This document shows, piece by piece, positions 45,788 to 58,972 of a DNA stretch of 64,000 nucleotides. Both the position numbers and the translations under genes were made by a program. Each line of letters begins with the position of its first letter. Within the stretch, counting starts at the first letter, position 1. The notes beneath the pieces are model-generated. The model had not been told where the DNA came from. It saw nothing but the letters and a program-made list of their open reading frames with translations, and did no database searches. Source of the stretch: Squalus acanthias (Eukaryota); NCBI GenBank assembly GCA_030390025.1, contig JASTWF010000048.1, positions 1,860,001-1,924,000 on the forward strand, read 5' to 3'.

Positions 45788-47309
45788 TGCAAAACACGCC
45801 CCATCCCACTCCTTCGCTAGTTTCGTAACTTCATAGAACCGTACAGCACAGAACGTTAAGGAAAGGACAAATAGACGTGTTAAATATTACGATTAGTTTC
45901 GATAGAGTTGAAAGGGAGAATCTAAATCCACTGGCAGGAGGGTCGTTAACAAGAGGGCAGAGGTTTAAGATGATAGGCAAAAGGACCAGCGGGGAGATGA
46001 GGAGACGTAAATTTTATTGCAGAGAGTAGTCATGATCTGGAATGCATTTCCTGAGATTGCGATGGAAGCAGATTCAATAATAACTTATTCAAGGGAATTG
46101 GATATAAACTTGATAAGAGAGAAACAGGGCTATGCGGAAGCAGCAGGGGAGAGGGACTAAATTGAAAATCGTGCATAAAATTAAAGGCCTTATAAGATAT
46201 ACACTCATTAATCCAAGAGGGAATTCAGGAGTAACCTCTTCACCCAAAGTGTGGTGAGAATCTGAAACTTGCTACCACATGGGGTGTTTGGGTCAAATAG
46301 CATAGTTGCATTTAAGGGGATGCTAGATAAGTACATGAGAGAGAAAGGAAGAGAAGGATATGCTAATGCGTGTACTTGAAGAGGGGTAGGACGAAGCCGG
46401 TGGGGGTCAAATTGGATAGGTCTTTCAAAGAGCCGCATCAGACCAGACGGGCCGAATGGCCTCCTTCAGTGCTGCAGGATTCTATGATTCTTGGAAAAAC
46501 GGAACGTTGCTGGGAAAAATGCTCTCCTGTTTCAGGCAGTGCAGGTTTGAGTTCCTATGTGCTGAGCGAGAATTCAAGGGTTAAATACTTTGCAGAAATG
46601 AATTCGCAGATTCTTTGAAAAACACATCAAAAGGCGCCTAGAGTATGTTAGAGAAGTGGGTAAACGGTTTTCAACAGATTCTGAAACCGCAGTTAGGATG
46701 CAGGTGTACGGGAGACAAACATATCTGAAGATGCCTCTCGCCTTCGCACAGTGTGAACCATCTGTTAGAATTGCAAGGTTTCTAACATTAACTATTTCCT
46801 AATTGTATGCGGTCTTCTCCTTCGAGCAGAGAATGTAAGGCGCAGCTTTACCAGAATGGCACCAGGAATGAGCGACTCCAGTTTACTGGAGACGCGGGAG
46901 AAGCTGGTGTTGTTCTGTCTGCAGCACGCAATCTGGTTCTTAAATGAAGATAATGTCTTAAAAGAACGACATTCAGTCCGTTGATACATCAAATTTTAAT
47001 TAATTAAAATCAATTTGTAACCTATTCAAGTTAGTTAGATCGATNNNNNNNNNNNNNNNNNNNNNNNNNNNNNNNNNNNNNNNNNNNNNNNNNNNNNNNN
47101 NNNNNNNNNNNNNNNNNNNNNNNNNNNNNNNNNNNNNNNNNNNNNNNNNNNNNNNNNNNNNNNNNNNNNNNNNNNNNNNNNNNNNNNNNNNNNNNNNNNN
47201 NNNNNNNNNNNNNNNNNNNNNNNNNNNNNNNNNNNNNNNNNNNNNNNNNNNNNNNNNNNNNNTCTATCTATCATTAGAACTGGTTAGGCGGTAGTGTCTG
47301 AGACGGGCG

Positions 47310-47348
47310 GGTTTTTGTAGCACGGTTCAGTCTGAATGTGTCCCTGTG
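47310..47348 (-). other. 23-RSS of V14
   Basis: CACAGGG - 23 bp - ACAAAAACC. Confidence 0.92.
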
Positions 47349-48451
47349 CATCACTGCAGGCACAGAAATACCGCGCCGTGTCGTTCTGCCGCACCATCGA
47401 TATCTTCAGATCGAAGGAGTTATCTGCAGTTTTCTTGGCCCAAAATCTCTCCGTGATGCCCTCCGACCTGGTCGGGTCACCTCCATGCACCGCATACAAG
47501 AGGTCCTGGAGACCCAGGCCCGGGAGCTGACGGTACCAGTACATATAAGCATCAGTGCCGCGTTGGGTACACGGGATAGTCACAGACTCGCCCTCTCTCA
47601 CCGACACATACTCCCGGGACTGCACTATCTTCTGAGACCCGCCAACTCCTGGAAGGAAAAAAGAAGTGAACAGCCAAGAAAGACAGTTATTTCCCCCGAA
47701 ATTATACCCACTAACCTGTTTAATTATTAGCTGTTATTTGACTGATGTTCCCTATTGCCGCGCACTCTAGCTTTTCATTTCAATCGATGTACTTTCTGTA
47801 TTTTCACATTAATCTAATTGAGCTGACCAAAGGATTGGATAGGCTAGATAGGGAGAAATGATTTCCTCTGTCTACCCTATGAGCCCCCTGTTCCTATGCT
47901 CCTTAACAGACACATTCTACCGGCTCGACCGCACGACATTCTTGTTTTAGACGATTTGGCAAAACAAAATTAATAGTCAAAAGCCGCAGGCACTTGTAGT
48001 TAGACAGGAGCTAATAGGTTTAGTGGGGCTGTCCTTATAATATGGATTGGCGTGGAAATGTCACTCACTGGTTCAACTATTATAGAAGAATCCCTGTTAA
48101 CTAAATGTCTATCCCGACCTTATTTAACACAATTGATCTCCTTTAAGTGTCACTAAACAGATATAGTCTACTTGCTCCAACAATCCTGTTCTCTTCCTTT
48201 CCTTTGTTCTTTCTTTCGTTTCAGCTATTTTTTTCGGTCTTTCTTTTTTCTTTCTATCTTTCTATCCATCTTTTTATCTCATCCATCCATTCATTCTTTA
48301 TCTTTTTGTTGAAAATTAAAAATAGTTGTGTATGCTCTTTAATACATTCTTATTCCGAAAGCTAAAGGCCTCCATGTGACACCGGGCTTTCGCTTTACTT
48401 ACCCGCCAATAGGAACAGCGGCAACGTGATGGACAGGAAGCAAGTCCGCAT
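47349..48451 (-). CDS. TRBV: TCR V segment V14 (family F), functional
   Basis: Leader 48403-48451 (MRTCFLSITLPLFLLA). V exon 47349-47648: SQKIVQSREYVSVREGESVTIPC..MYWYRQLPGLGLQDL..DTARYFCACSD. Confidence 0.9.
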
Positions 48452-48794
48452 GGTCCGGGACAGAGTGTCTGTGACCGGGAGCTCCTCGACCAACAAGCTG
48501 TTCAGAGACTGGTGCAATGAGACTGTGGTGTGCAAGATCCGAACTGGCGCGTGTAAACGGCAACGTTCTCTATCGTTCATAAGAAAACATTGACCATACA
48601 ATGCACTGCCCCTCCCTCTATGACTGGCAGCCCCGCCCCTCACTCGATGATTGATAGCACCGTCCGTCCTCTATATTTGACTGCCGCGTCATATTTCCCT
48701 GAATGACAGCCCCTCCCCACCGTCTCCAATGAAAAACCCGGCCCCTCGCGCTCTGATTGGCAGGAAGTAGAACAGATGGGAACCGGGAGTTGCA

Positions 48795-49620
48795 AAGGCG
48801 ACACAGAGATAAAGTGAGCGGGCAAAGCAATGGAAGAAGGAACAGTGGAAGAAGTGGACAAGTGCGAGGTCATCCACTTGGGATCTTAGAAAGATAGATC
48901 AGAGTATTTTCTAAATGGTGTGAAGCTAGAAATTTCGGTAAGCAGGGGTATTTAACTGCCCAGGTAAACAAATCACTAAATGCCGGTAGACAGGGAAAAA
49001 AGGAATCAAAAAGGCTAAAGGGATGTTGTCCTTTATCTCAAGGCGTCTGGAATATAAACGGCAGGAAGTTATTCTTCTGTCATGTAGAGAATTGGTCAGA
49101 CCCCATCTGGAGTACTGAGTTCAATTCTGGGTACCGCACCTCAGGAATGATATATTAGACTTGGAGGGGTTTGCAGCGCAGATTCACCAGACTGATACCC
49201 GGGACTGAGAGGGTTTAATTGTGAGGAAGGATTGCAAAACGTGGCCTATATTACTTTGAATAAAGAAGATCAGTGCTGAACTGATTGAGTTTTGTAAATG
49301 TTGAAACAGTTTGATAGGGTAGATGGAGACAAAATATTTCCTCTGGTGGGGGAGTCCAGAACTAGGTGGAACAGCTATAAGTTAGAGTTAGGCGGTTCAG
49401 GCATTGTGTCAAAAATCACCTCTTCACACAATGGTAGTGAAAATGTGGAAAGATCTCCTCCCCGAATCTTTTAAGGCTGAGGGTCAATTGGAGCTTTCAT
49501 GACTGTGATTGATAGATATTTGTTGTGTAAGTGTATCGAGGTTCATGGAGCAAATGCGGTTAGAAAGAATGAAGATACACATCAACCATGATCTCCTTGG
49601 CTGGCATTGCAGTCTCGAGG
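48795..49620 (+). mobile_element. Decayed CR1 fragment (similar copy at 51195-52070)
   Basis: Degenerate ORF2 motifs (LVRPHLEY, RFTRLIPG) and a 3' tail. Confidence 0.8.
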
Positions 49621-50337
49621 GGCTGAATGGGCTCCTCCTGTTACAGTGTAACAGGCTTTTGTGGCTGAATGGGCCTACTCCTGTACCTGTGTACACGGTC
49701 CCAAAGGGGCTCAAGGACTACTCCTGTTCATATGTAACAGGCTGAGCTGGACTGAATGACCTCCTTCTATTCCACTTTAAACCGTATTACAAGCAAACGT
49801 GCAGTTCATGGTACTAGAGCGCCATCTATAGTCTCCGTGGTGAAAGTCAACACACTGTCAGTGTGTAAAATCCCGACAGTCTATTTACATCCTTTGCTTC
49901 TTTCTATCATTCTTTCCTTGTTNNNNNNNNNNNNNNNNNNNNNNNNNNNNNNNNNNNNNNNNNNNNNNNNNNNNNNNNNNNNNNNNNNNNNNNNNNNNNN
50001 NNNNNNNNNNNNNNNNNNNNNNNNNNNNNNNNNNNNNNNNNNNNNNNNNNTTTCTTTCTATCATCCTTTCTTTTCTGCCTTGTTTCTATCTGTGTATCAT
50101 TCTTTCTTTCTATTATTCTATCTTTCTTTCTATCTTCCTTTCGTTCTATCGCTATTCACTCCATAAAACGTAATCTTTCATTACAACTTTCTCAGTGCCT
50201 TTTTTCTCTTTTTATCACTTTTACTGGAACCCGCTTCTTGATCTGGTCAAAAGCATGTTCGCTCTGCTTAAATTAAACGAACAGTACTCAGCACAGAACG
50301 GTTTTATCTCAAACAGGTGTTTCCTGCCGCCTTTGGG

Positions 50338-50376
50338 GGTTTTTGTTCAGCTCCTCCATGTCTCTGAGTCACTGTA
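50338..50376 (-). other. 23-RSS of V15 with defective heptamer
   Basis: TACAGTG - 23 bp - ACAAAAACC. Confidence 0.9.
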
Positions 50377-50882
50377 CAGACTCCAGGCGCAGTAATAAAC
50401 GGCCGAGGGATTCGCCCGCAGGCTGGAGGACTTCAGGTTGAACTCTTTGTCATTCGGTCGCTCGGCGGTGAAACCGTCCACCATCCCCTCTGGATTCACA
50501 ATATTGGTACCCCCGGAGATAAACATGGATTGCGGCCCCTTCCCCGGGTCCTGTCTGTACCAATACATGTAACTGCTACTGGCACCCTCCAAGTTGCACT
50601 TTAGATCGACACCCTCCCCAGCAAATTTGGAGACAGCGGCGGGAATCTGGCGGATAGTCTGCGAGTTCGCGTCTGAGAAAGAGACAGGGAGAGGAGAAGA
50701 TTAGTAAACAGGGGCATTCTGGGTTGTGGGGAAAGAAAGAAGTAAAGGACGAGAGAAAGAGAGAAAGAAGGAAACAACGAAGGAAAGAAATAAATAGTAA
50801 CGAATGGTTGTTAACAAAGATTATTGTGTGAAAAAAATCACTTACATTGAAATACAATTATGAAACTCAGTAACAGATACAT
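50377..50882 (-). CDS. TRBV: TCR V segment V15 (family G, TRBV30-like), intact ORF but probably non-rearranging
   Basis: Leader 50846-50882 (MYLLLSFIIVFQ). V exon 50377-50672: ANSQTIRQIPAAVSKFAGEGVDLKCNLEGASSSYMYWYRQ..SAVYYCAWSL. Confidence 0.85.
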
Positions 50883-52108
50883 CTTTAACTTGAAGATTTA
50901 CTTTTAGAAATGAAACCAGCGAAAACAAGAGCGTTGCGTCTTGTGAGGATGCAACACGTTCTTTTAAAATTACTCAGGAAACCATGACGAGCGTAAGGAA
51001 GTGATTCAGGCCCCCCGCCCATCTGTCACTGAAAACACCGCTCCTCCACTCCCAGGCTGGTTGACAGCCTCGCCCCGCCTAGGCTGATTTACAGACCCGC
51101 CCTCACTCCGTGAAATATAGTCCCGCCCCCGATACTGATTGACAGTCCAGCCCCTCCCTCTCTGTTTGGCAGTAAGTGGAGCAAACGGGAGCAGGTTTCA
51201 AAGTTGACCTAAACAGCTGACGTGAATGAGAAAAAAACAGCGGCAGGTAGAGTTTAACGTGGAACGTGGGCAAGTATGAGGTCATCCAATGGGGACCTGA
51301 GGAAGAAACATCTGAGTATTTTCTAACTGATGAGAAGCTGGAAACTGTCGAGGAGCAAAGAAATTTAGTTGGCCAAGTAGACAAATCACTAAAAGCCAGG
51401 ATAGAGGTGCAAAAAGGAATCAAAGAGATTAATGCAATGTTGCCCTTTATGTCAAGGAGGCTGGAATACAAACGGGAGGAAGTTATGCTTCAGTTGGGCA
51501 GAGCCCCGGTTAGACTCCATCTGGCAAACTAGGTACAGTTCTGGGGAACGCACCTCAGGAAGGACGTTTTGTCCTTGGAGGGAGTGCAAGGCAGATTCAC
51601 CAGAATGATACCAGGGCTTAGTGGGTTAAATTATGAAGACAGGTTGTATAGAATAGCCTTGTCTGCCCTTGCGTATAAAAGATTGAGGGGTGAACTGATT
51701 CAGTCTTTTAATGTGAAAAGAAATTGATAGGGTAGATCGAATGAAAGTATGTCCACTGGTGGCGGAGTCCAGAACAAGGAGGCATAACTTAACAATGAGA
51801 GCTAAGCCTTTCAGGCGTGAGGGCAGGAAGCACTTCTTCACACAAAGGGCAGTGAGAATCTTCAACTCTCTGCCCGAAAACGATGTGCGTGCCGGCGGTC
51901 AATTGGAGATTTCTAGACCGAAATTGACAGATTTTTTTCTTGGTAAGCAGATCAAGAGATAGGAAGACAAAGCGGGTCGATGGATTTAATATATGATCCA
52001 GCTCGATCCAATTGAATGACGAAGTAGGCTTGGAGAGCTGAATGGCCTCCTCCTGTTCCTGTGTTCCTGTAAACCATGTTCCAGACACTGATGTGTTTCA
52101 TGGTCCTG

Positions 52109-52125
52109 CAGCGCCCTCTGCTGTC
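52109..52125 (-). promoter_or_regulatory. CTCF motif in the family-G duplication unit
   Basis: rc GACAGCAGAGGGCGCTG. Paralogues at 49818-49833, 57912-57928 (rc GGCCAGGAGATGGCGCT) and a degenerate copy at ~62903. Confidence 0.6.
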
Positions 52126-52939
52126 ATTGTGGAGAAACAGAGCGTCAGTCGACCAAAACCNNNNNNNNNNNNNNNNNNNNNNNNNNNNNNNNNNNNNNNN
52201 NNNNNNNNNNNNNNNNNNNNNNNNNNNNNNNNNNNNNNNNNNNNNNNNNNNNNNNNNNNNNNNNNNNNNNNNNNNNNNNNNNNNNNNNNNCATATTTCCT
52301 TCCTTTTCTCTTTGTCTCTCTTTCTTTCTGTCTTTCAATTTCTCTCAACCTTTCACTCTCTCTTTCATTCCTTCTTTCTTTCTTTCCTTCTTTCTTTCTT
52401 CCTTTCTTTCTTTCGTTCTTTCTTTCTCTATCCTTTACTTTTTCTTTCTCTATCATTATATTGTTCTATCTTTCTTTACTTCCATCTTTATTTCCTTCTT
52501 TCCTTTCTTTCTTTTTGCATTGATTATTTTCATTTGTTTTGCTCAGAGCCAACTACACCTACCATTTAAAGCCAGTGACCTCGGCTGACTGAATGTGCTC
52601 AACTCTTCAAACAGGGCAGGTTGATGTTGTGTCCGATCAGCATCATCTTCTTTTCCTTTCACCCGCCATGTGCTTATCTAGCTTCCCCTTAACTGCAACT
52701 GTGTCATTCGTCTCCACTACTCCCTGTGGTAGCGAGTTCAACTTCTCGCCATTCTCTGGGTAAAGAACTTTCTCCTGAATTCCCTATTTGGACTTATTAG
52801 TGACTATCTTATATTTATGACCCCGAGCTTTTGTCTCCCTCACAAGTGGAAGCATCTTCCCTACATTTAAACTATCGCACGACTTTCATAATTTTCACTA
52901 TCAAGTCACCCCTCAGTCTTTTCTTTTCTAGAGAAAGCA

Positions 52940-53075
52940 GCCTTCCCCGGATATTGTCTGTGCCGGAACATGTTAGGGTTACTGACAGACTTCACAGAGC
53001 ATTTCAGGTTCACACGCTCCCGAGGTAATTTGCAGACAGCGGCGGGAGTCTGGCGGATACTCTGTGAGCTCACAT
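52940..53075 (-). pseudogene. V16, 5' half of a family-G V
   Basis: VSSQSIRQTPAAVCKLPRERVNLKCSVKSVSNPNMFRHRQYPGK, then a CR1 tail. No RSS. The leader remnant near 53230-53267 has ATT for ATG. Confidence 0.85.
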
Positions 53076-54287
53076 CTGGGAAAGAGACGGGCAGAGAAGG
53101 AGGTCAGTAAACGGCGTCATTCGGGCAATGGGGAAAGGGAGCATTAGCGAAAGAAAGAAAGAGAGATAGATAGAAAGAAAGAAAGTAAATGGAGGTTGTC
53201 AGCAATAATTATTGTTTGAAAATCTCTCTTCAGGTGGATCAAGTTCAGCAGACACAGTAACAGATAAATCTTTTATTTTAATGTTTAATTCTAATGAGGG
53301 AAGGAGCGAGAGCAGGAGCATTGAGTGTTGCGAAGAGACAAAGCGCTCTTTTCAAAGCATTGAGAAAAACATGAAGAGCATAAAGAAGCAATAGAAGGAC
53401 GGTTACACCCTCTTACTCCAGTACAAACAATCGGAACCGACGTGTTTGCCAATGTCTCCCCCTTTCTCTCTCTGTCTTTTAATATCAATCTCTCTTTTTC
53501 TCTCTCGCTGTTCATCCGGCTCTCTATCTGCATCTCTCCCTGTCTGGCTTTGTATGTTTTGTCTCTCTCGCTCTATGTCTCTCTATACATGTGTGTGTCT
53601 CTCTATGTCTGTCTTTCTGTGTATTTCCCTCTTGTCTCTCTGTCTATCTCTCTCTCTGTCTCACTTTATCTCCTGTCTCTCGCTCTCTGTCTCTCTTTCT
53701 CTCTGTCTCTCTTTCACTTGCTTTCTCTCGATCTCTGTCTCTCTCTTTCCTCTCTCTGTCTCTCTTTCGTCTCTCTGTCTCTCTTTCATTCGCTTTCTCT
53801 CTCTCTTTGTCTCTCTCTTTCCTCTCTGTCTCTGTCTCTGTCTCTGTCACTCCCTCACTCACAAACTCTCTCTCTCTCGCTTTTTCTCTCTACTAAAGCA
53901 AACTGAATTGAAAGATAAACGTGGGCTGACCAGAGCTGATCTCCAGACTCAGACGGTGGAACAGGAGTGAGAGACACGCGGTCCCACACACTTCCATCAA
54001 CCTCCGTTCCTCCTGACGCTTCTACAAGTGCACGGATTGGTTACTCGTTGCAGGGCGGGGATGACGTATGATGTCAGACGTCGACGCCTCACTATCTTGT
54101 CCCAAGTCATTTAATGCGTGGAGGGCAGAGTTGGGAATAGGGGATGCGAGGGGAGGGAGAGGATGGCGTAGGAAAGTACAGAGGAGAGGAGTGGAAGGAG
54201 TGAAGGAGAAATCAAGCACTGAACTAATAGCTAGTGCTGCTACCTGGTGGCGGAAAATGAGCACTGAGCTCCCATTCATCCGCTGCA

Positions 54288-54326
54288 GGGTTTTGTAGCT
54301 GGGGAGCCGCATTCTCAAACGCTGTG
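54288..54326 (-). other. 23-RSS of V17
   Basis: CACAGCG - 23 bp - ACAAAACCC. CTCF motif gtgctgctacctggtggc at 54234-54251. Confidence 0.92.
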
Positions 54327-55248
54327 CGGTACTACAAGCACAGTAATAGACAGCGGTGTGAGACGGAGAGGCGGCGCTCAGTTCCAAAGTAAACAGCGTA
54401 GTGCTGATTCTTTCGGCCTTAAAAGACTCGGCCGTGTAGCTCGTAACAGGACCTGCTCCAGCAGAATAGAACAGAGCTTCTAGTGCCCGCTCGGGTTGTT
54501 GTCTGTACCAGAACATTACGGGACGGCCAGTATTCGTCAGCGTGCATCTGAGCGTGGTCGGCTCTCCTGCTCCAATCGATAGGACAGAAGGCGACTGATA
54601 CACGTACGAGGCGAGTATTCCTGTCGAGTGTTACATTGATTAGTTACTTATTTTTGTCAATAATTGATTAGAGCGCCGGCTACAGAGAAAGAGAACTTCC
54701 ATTCATAAAGCTGCATTCACGAGCACAGAAAGTCGAAAATCTCTTTACAACCAATGAAGTACTGATTAAAGTGTAGTCATTGTTGTAATGAAGGAAAGGA
54801 GACAGCCAATTTGAGCACAGCAAGCTCCCACATACTGCATTGAAATAAATGACCAGTACATTTGTTTTTTGGTGTTTGTTGTGGGATTAATGTTGGCACA
54901 GGACACCGGCGACAACTTCGCTGTTCTTCCTTCAATAGTGCCCTGGGATCATTTACATCCACCTGAGAGGGCAGCTCAGTTTAACGCCTTATCTGAAAGA
55001 TGGCACTTCCGAAAGTGCAGCACTCCCTCAGCGCTAGTCCCGGGAGTATCAGCATAGATTTTGTGCTCAAGTCTCAGGAGTAAGACTGAAACCCATAACC
55101 TCTGATTCCGAGGAGAGGTTTCTACCAGCTGAACACGAGCTGACATTATAGTACATTATTCCACAAAGACCTCTGCATAAGTTTGTTAATCTGACTTACG
55201 TGGGATCAGCGTCACCATCAACGTTAGATAATGAGCTTCATGAAACAT
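54327..55248 (-). CDS. TRBV: TCR V segment V17 (family A), functional
   Basis: Leader 55200-55248 (MFHEAHYLTLMVTLIP). V exon 54327-54620 ending HTAVYYCACST. Confidence 0.9.
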
Positions 55249-58200
55249 GATTTATTCATTCGACACTGGCTCGCTGTGTGATCGGGTGTAGCTCCATTCC
55301 ACGTTTAAAGGCAGTTTCTCTGTTGAATCTGATTAAACACGAAGCATCCGGTTGGAAATGTCACTCTTACGTCACTCTCTGTGTAACTTACGCTCCATCC
55401 CATTCGTTCGGTAGTTTAGCAAATTCACAGATCCGGACAGCACAGAAGGTTAAGGAGAGAACTAATAGAGATGTTCAAAATTAATAAGGGTTTTGATAGA
55501 CTTGATCGGGAGAAACGATATCGACTGGCAGGAAATCGTTAACCAGAGGGCACAGATTTAAGATAATGGGCAAAAGAACCAGTGGGGAGATGAGGAAACA
55601 TAAATGTTATTACACAGCGAGTTTTCATGATCTGGAATGTATTGCCTGAACGGGCAGTGGAAACAGATTCAATAATAACTTTCAAAAGTGAACTAGATAT
55701 AAACTTGAAAAATAAAGTGAACACAGGTCTTTGGGGAATGAGCAGGAGAGCCAGACTAAATTAACAGGAGCGACCAAAACTAAGGGTCACAAATATAAAA
55801 TAAACACTAATAAATCCAACAGAGAATTCAGGAGTAATATCTTTACCCAAAGTTAGCTGGGAATGTAGAAATTGATACCACATGGAGTGGTAGAGGGAAA
55901 TAGCATAAATGTATTTAAGCGGAAGGTAGATAAGTATTTCAGGGAGGAAGAAATAGAAGGATATGATGATGGGGTGGTCGAAGAGGGGTGGGATGAAACC
56001 CGAGGGGGTCTCGTTGGGTAGGTTTTCAAAGAGACGGCACAGGCGCGATGGGCCGAATGGCCTCCTTCGGTGCTGTACGGTTTTATGCTTCTATAAGACA
56101 CGCAACATTGTTGGGACAAAGTGCTCTCCTGTTTCAGGCCGTGCGGGTTTCAGCTCCTGTGTGCTGAACGAGAATTCAAGGGTTACATTTTTTACTGGGT
56201 TGAATTCGCAGAATCATTGAGAAACACATCAAAAGGTCCCTAGAGCCTGATAGAGAAGCGGCTAAACGGTTGTGAACAGATGCTGAAACTGCCGTAATGA
56301 GGCAGGTGTCCCGGTGACAAACGTATCGAGAGGCGCATCTCGACTTTGCACAGTGTAATAGTGCGGTGACACGTTTAGGGATTCTAAGATTAACAATTTC
56401 CTATTGGGATGAGACAGTTCAACTTAGAGCAGAGAAGTTTAAGGGGAGAATTGGTAGATGTTTTCAAAATCATGAAGGTTTTGATGGAGTAATTAAGGGG
56501 AAATTGTCTCCAGTGGCCGCAGGGTCGGTAACAAGAGGAGGCAGATAAAAGGTGATTGACAGAAGAACCAGAGGGGGAGATGAGGAGAATGTGTTTACTC
56601 TGCGAGTTGTTATGATCTGGAATGCACCATCTGAAAGGACGGTGGAAGAAGGTTCAACAGTAACTTTCAAAAGTGAATTGGATAAAATCTTGAGGGGAAA
56701 ATTTACAGGGCTATGCGGAAAGAGAAGGAGGACTGGGACTAATCGGACAGCTCTTTCAAAGAGCCGGCACAGTCACAATGGGCCGACTGGAATCCATCTG
56801 TGCTCCATCTGTGGTGCATCATTCTAAGGTTCTTTGATAATCAGCGCATCTCTGGTCACTACCGCAATCCGACAAATCGGGGAGGGTTCTGCACCCCCTC
56901 TGCTGAGGTGATCCTGGGAATTATTCTGAGGAATAATCGCGAGGTACGTGTGACTCCTTCCCATTTTCCTTTGTCCACTCTTTCAACTCTGCTGTTAACC
57001 CATTTAACCCTCCGCCTCAAGTATCTTAAGGGAAAGGACATCCACACCGTTAATACAGCATGCTTATTGAAAAATAATCAATTGAATTCATCAAAGGTGA
57101 CAGAAGATAGTTAGATAGATAGATAGAATCAGAGAGAGAGATAAATAGAGCTATAGATATGTTCCCTCTCTCCCGATCTATCTATCANNNNNNNNNNNNN
57201 NNNNNNNNNNNNNNNNNNNNNNNNNNNNNNNNNNNNNNNNNNNNNNNNNNNNNNNNNNNNNNNNNNNNNNNNNNNNNNNNNNNNNNNNNNNNNNNNNNNN
57301 NNNNNNNNNNNNNNNNNNNNNNNNNNNNNNNNNNNNNNNNNNNNNNNNNNNNNNNNNNNNNNNNNNNNNNNNNNNNNNNNNNNNNNNNNNNNNNNNNNNN
57401 NNNNNNNNNNNNNNNNNNNNNNNNNNNNNNNNNNNNNNNNNNNNNNNNNNNNNNNNNNNNNNNNNNNNNNNNNNNNNNCGGACGGGCTGAGAGATAGGGC
57501 TCAGATGTTTAAATTATGAAGGCAGGCTGAGGATTAATTGGAACTTTCATGACTGAGATTGATAGATATGTGTTGGGTAAAGGTATCTAGGTAGATGGAG
57601 CAACGTTGAGTAGATGGAGTTGAGACATACATCAGCTATTATCTAATTGAATGGGAGTTCAGGCTCGAGCGGATCAACTGCCTCCTCTTTTTCCTAGGTA
57701 ACAGGCTCGAGTAGTTACCCGGCCTTCTCCTGTCGCTGTGTAACTGGTTCGATTGCCATATTTCCACTTCCTGCTCTTACGTAACATGCTAGAGGAATGT
57801 ATGACCTCTTCCTGTTCCTGTTAAACAGGCGCAATGGGATTGAATGGCCTCCTCTTAATCCTGTCTTCAGAGCAAAACATATGTAATCAACGGAGTGTTT
57901 CGTGGTCCTAGAGCGCCATCTCCTGGCCCCGGTGAGAACGCAAACACGGGTTTAAGCGTGTAAAATCCACGAGTCTTTTTATTTTAGTTCCTTCTTTATA
58001 TCTTCCTCTCATAATTTCTACCATTCTTCTAGTCTTTCTTTCGTTCTCTCTTTCTTTCAATCCTTTTTTTCTTTCTTGATATCTATTACTTTTTTTCTAT
58101 CCATCTACCTTTCATTCTATCATTCTGCAGTACATCTAACTTAATCTTTCTTTGCACCTTCTTCGGTTCCTTTATATCTAATGGTCATAGAGGTAGGCTT

Positions 58201-58788
58201 TAAGGAGCGTCTTAAAGGACGATAGAGAGGTAGCGAGGCGGAGATTTTTTGTGAGGGAATTCCAGTGCTTAGGGCCGAGGCAACAGAATGCACAGCCACC
58301 AGTGGTTGAGCGATTATTGTCAGGGATGCTAAGGAGGGCAGAATTCGAGGAGCGCAGATATCTCGGGCGGTTGTGGGGCAAAAGGAGATCACAGAGATAG
58401 GGAGGGCCGAGGCCATGGAGGGATTTGAAAACAAGGATGAGAATTTTGAAATCGAGGCGCTGCTTAACCGGAAGCCAATCTTGAAGATCTCTATCAGGTC
58501 ACCCCTCAGACTTCTCCTTTCTAGAGAAAAGAGATCCAGCCTGTTCAGCCTTTCATAACTTCTCAGTTCTGGTATCATTCCTGTTATTCCTGATTTTCAG
58601 TTACTTCAGTGCCTTCACATCTACTCTCTCTCGTTAAATCAAACCCGTCTCCTCTTCTTCTCAAAAGCACGGTCTTTCTCCAAAATAAACCAAACAGGAC
58701 GCAGCACTGCGCGGTTTTATATTAAACAGTTGTTTCCTGCCGCCTTTCGAGTATTTTTTGAGCTCCTCCATCTCTCTGAGTCAATGTG

Positions 58789-58972
58789 AAGACTCCAGGC
58801 GCAGTAATACACGGTCGAGTCATTCGCCCGCAGGCTGGTGGACTTCAGGTTGAAGTTGTAGTCATTCGGTCGCTCGGCGTTAAAACCATCCACCGCCCCC
58901 TCTGCAGTTACACTTTGTACAGTTAGGGACATAAACATCAACTGCGGCTCCTTCGCTGGATATGAGTTCACG
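58789..58972 (-). pseudogene. V18, family-G V with internal deletion
   Basis: VNS|YPAKEPQLMF..YYCAWSL lacks 37 codons (FR1 to WYRQ) relative to V20. Acceptor is CAA. RSS at 58750-58788 is CACATTG with a decayed nonamer. Confidence 0.88.
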
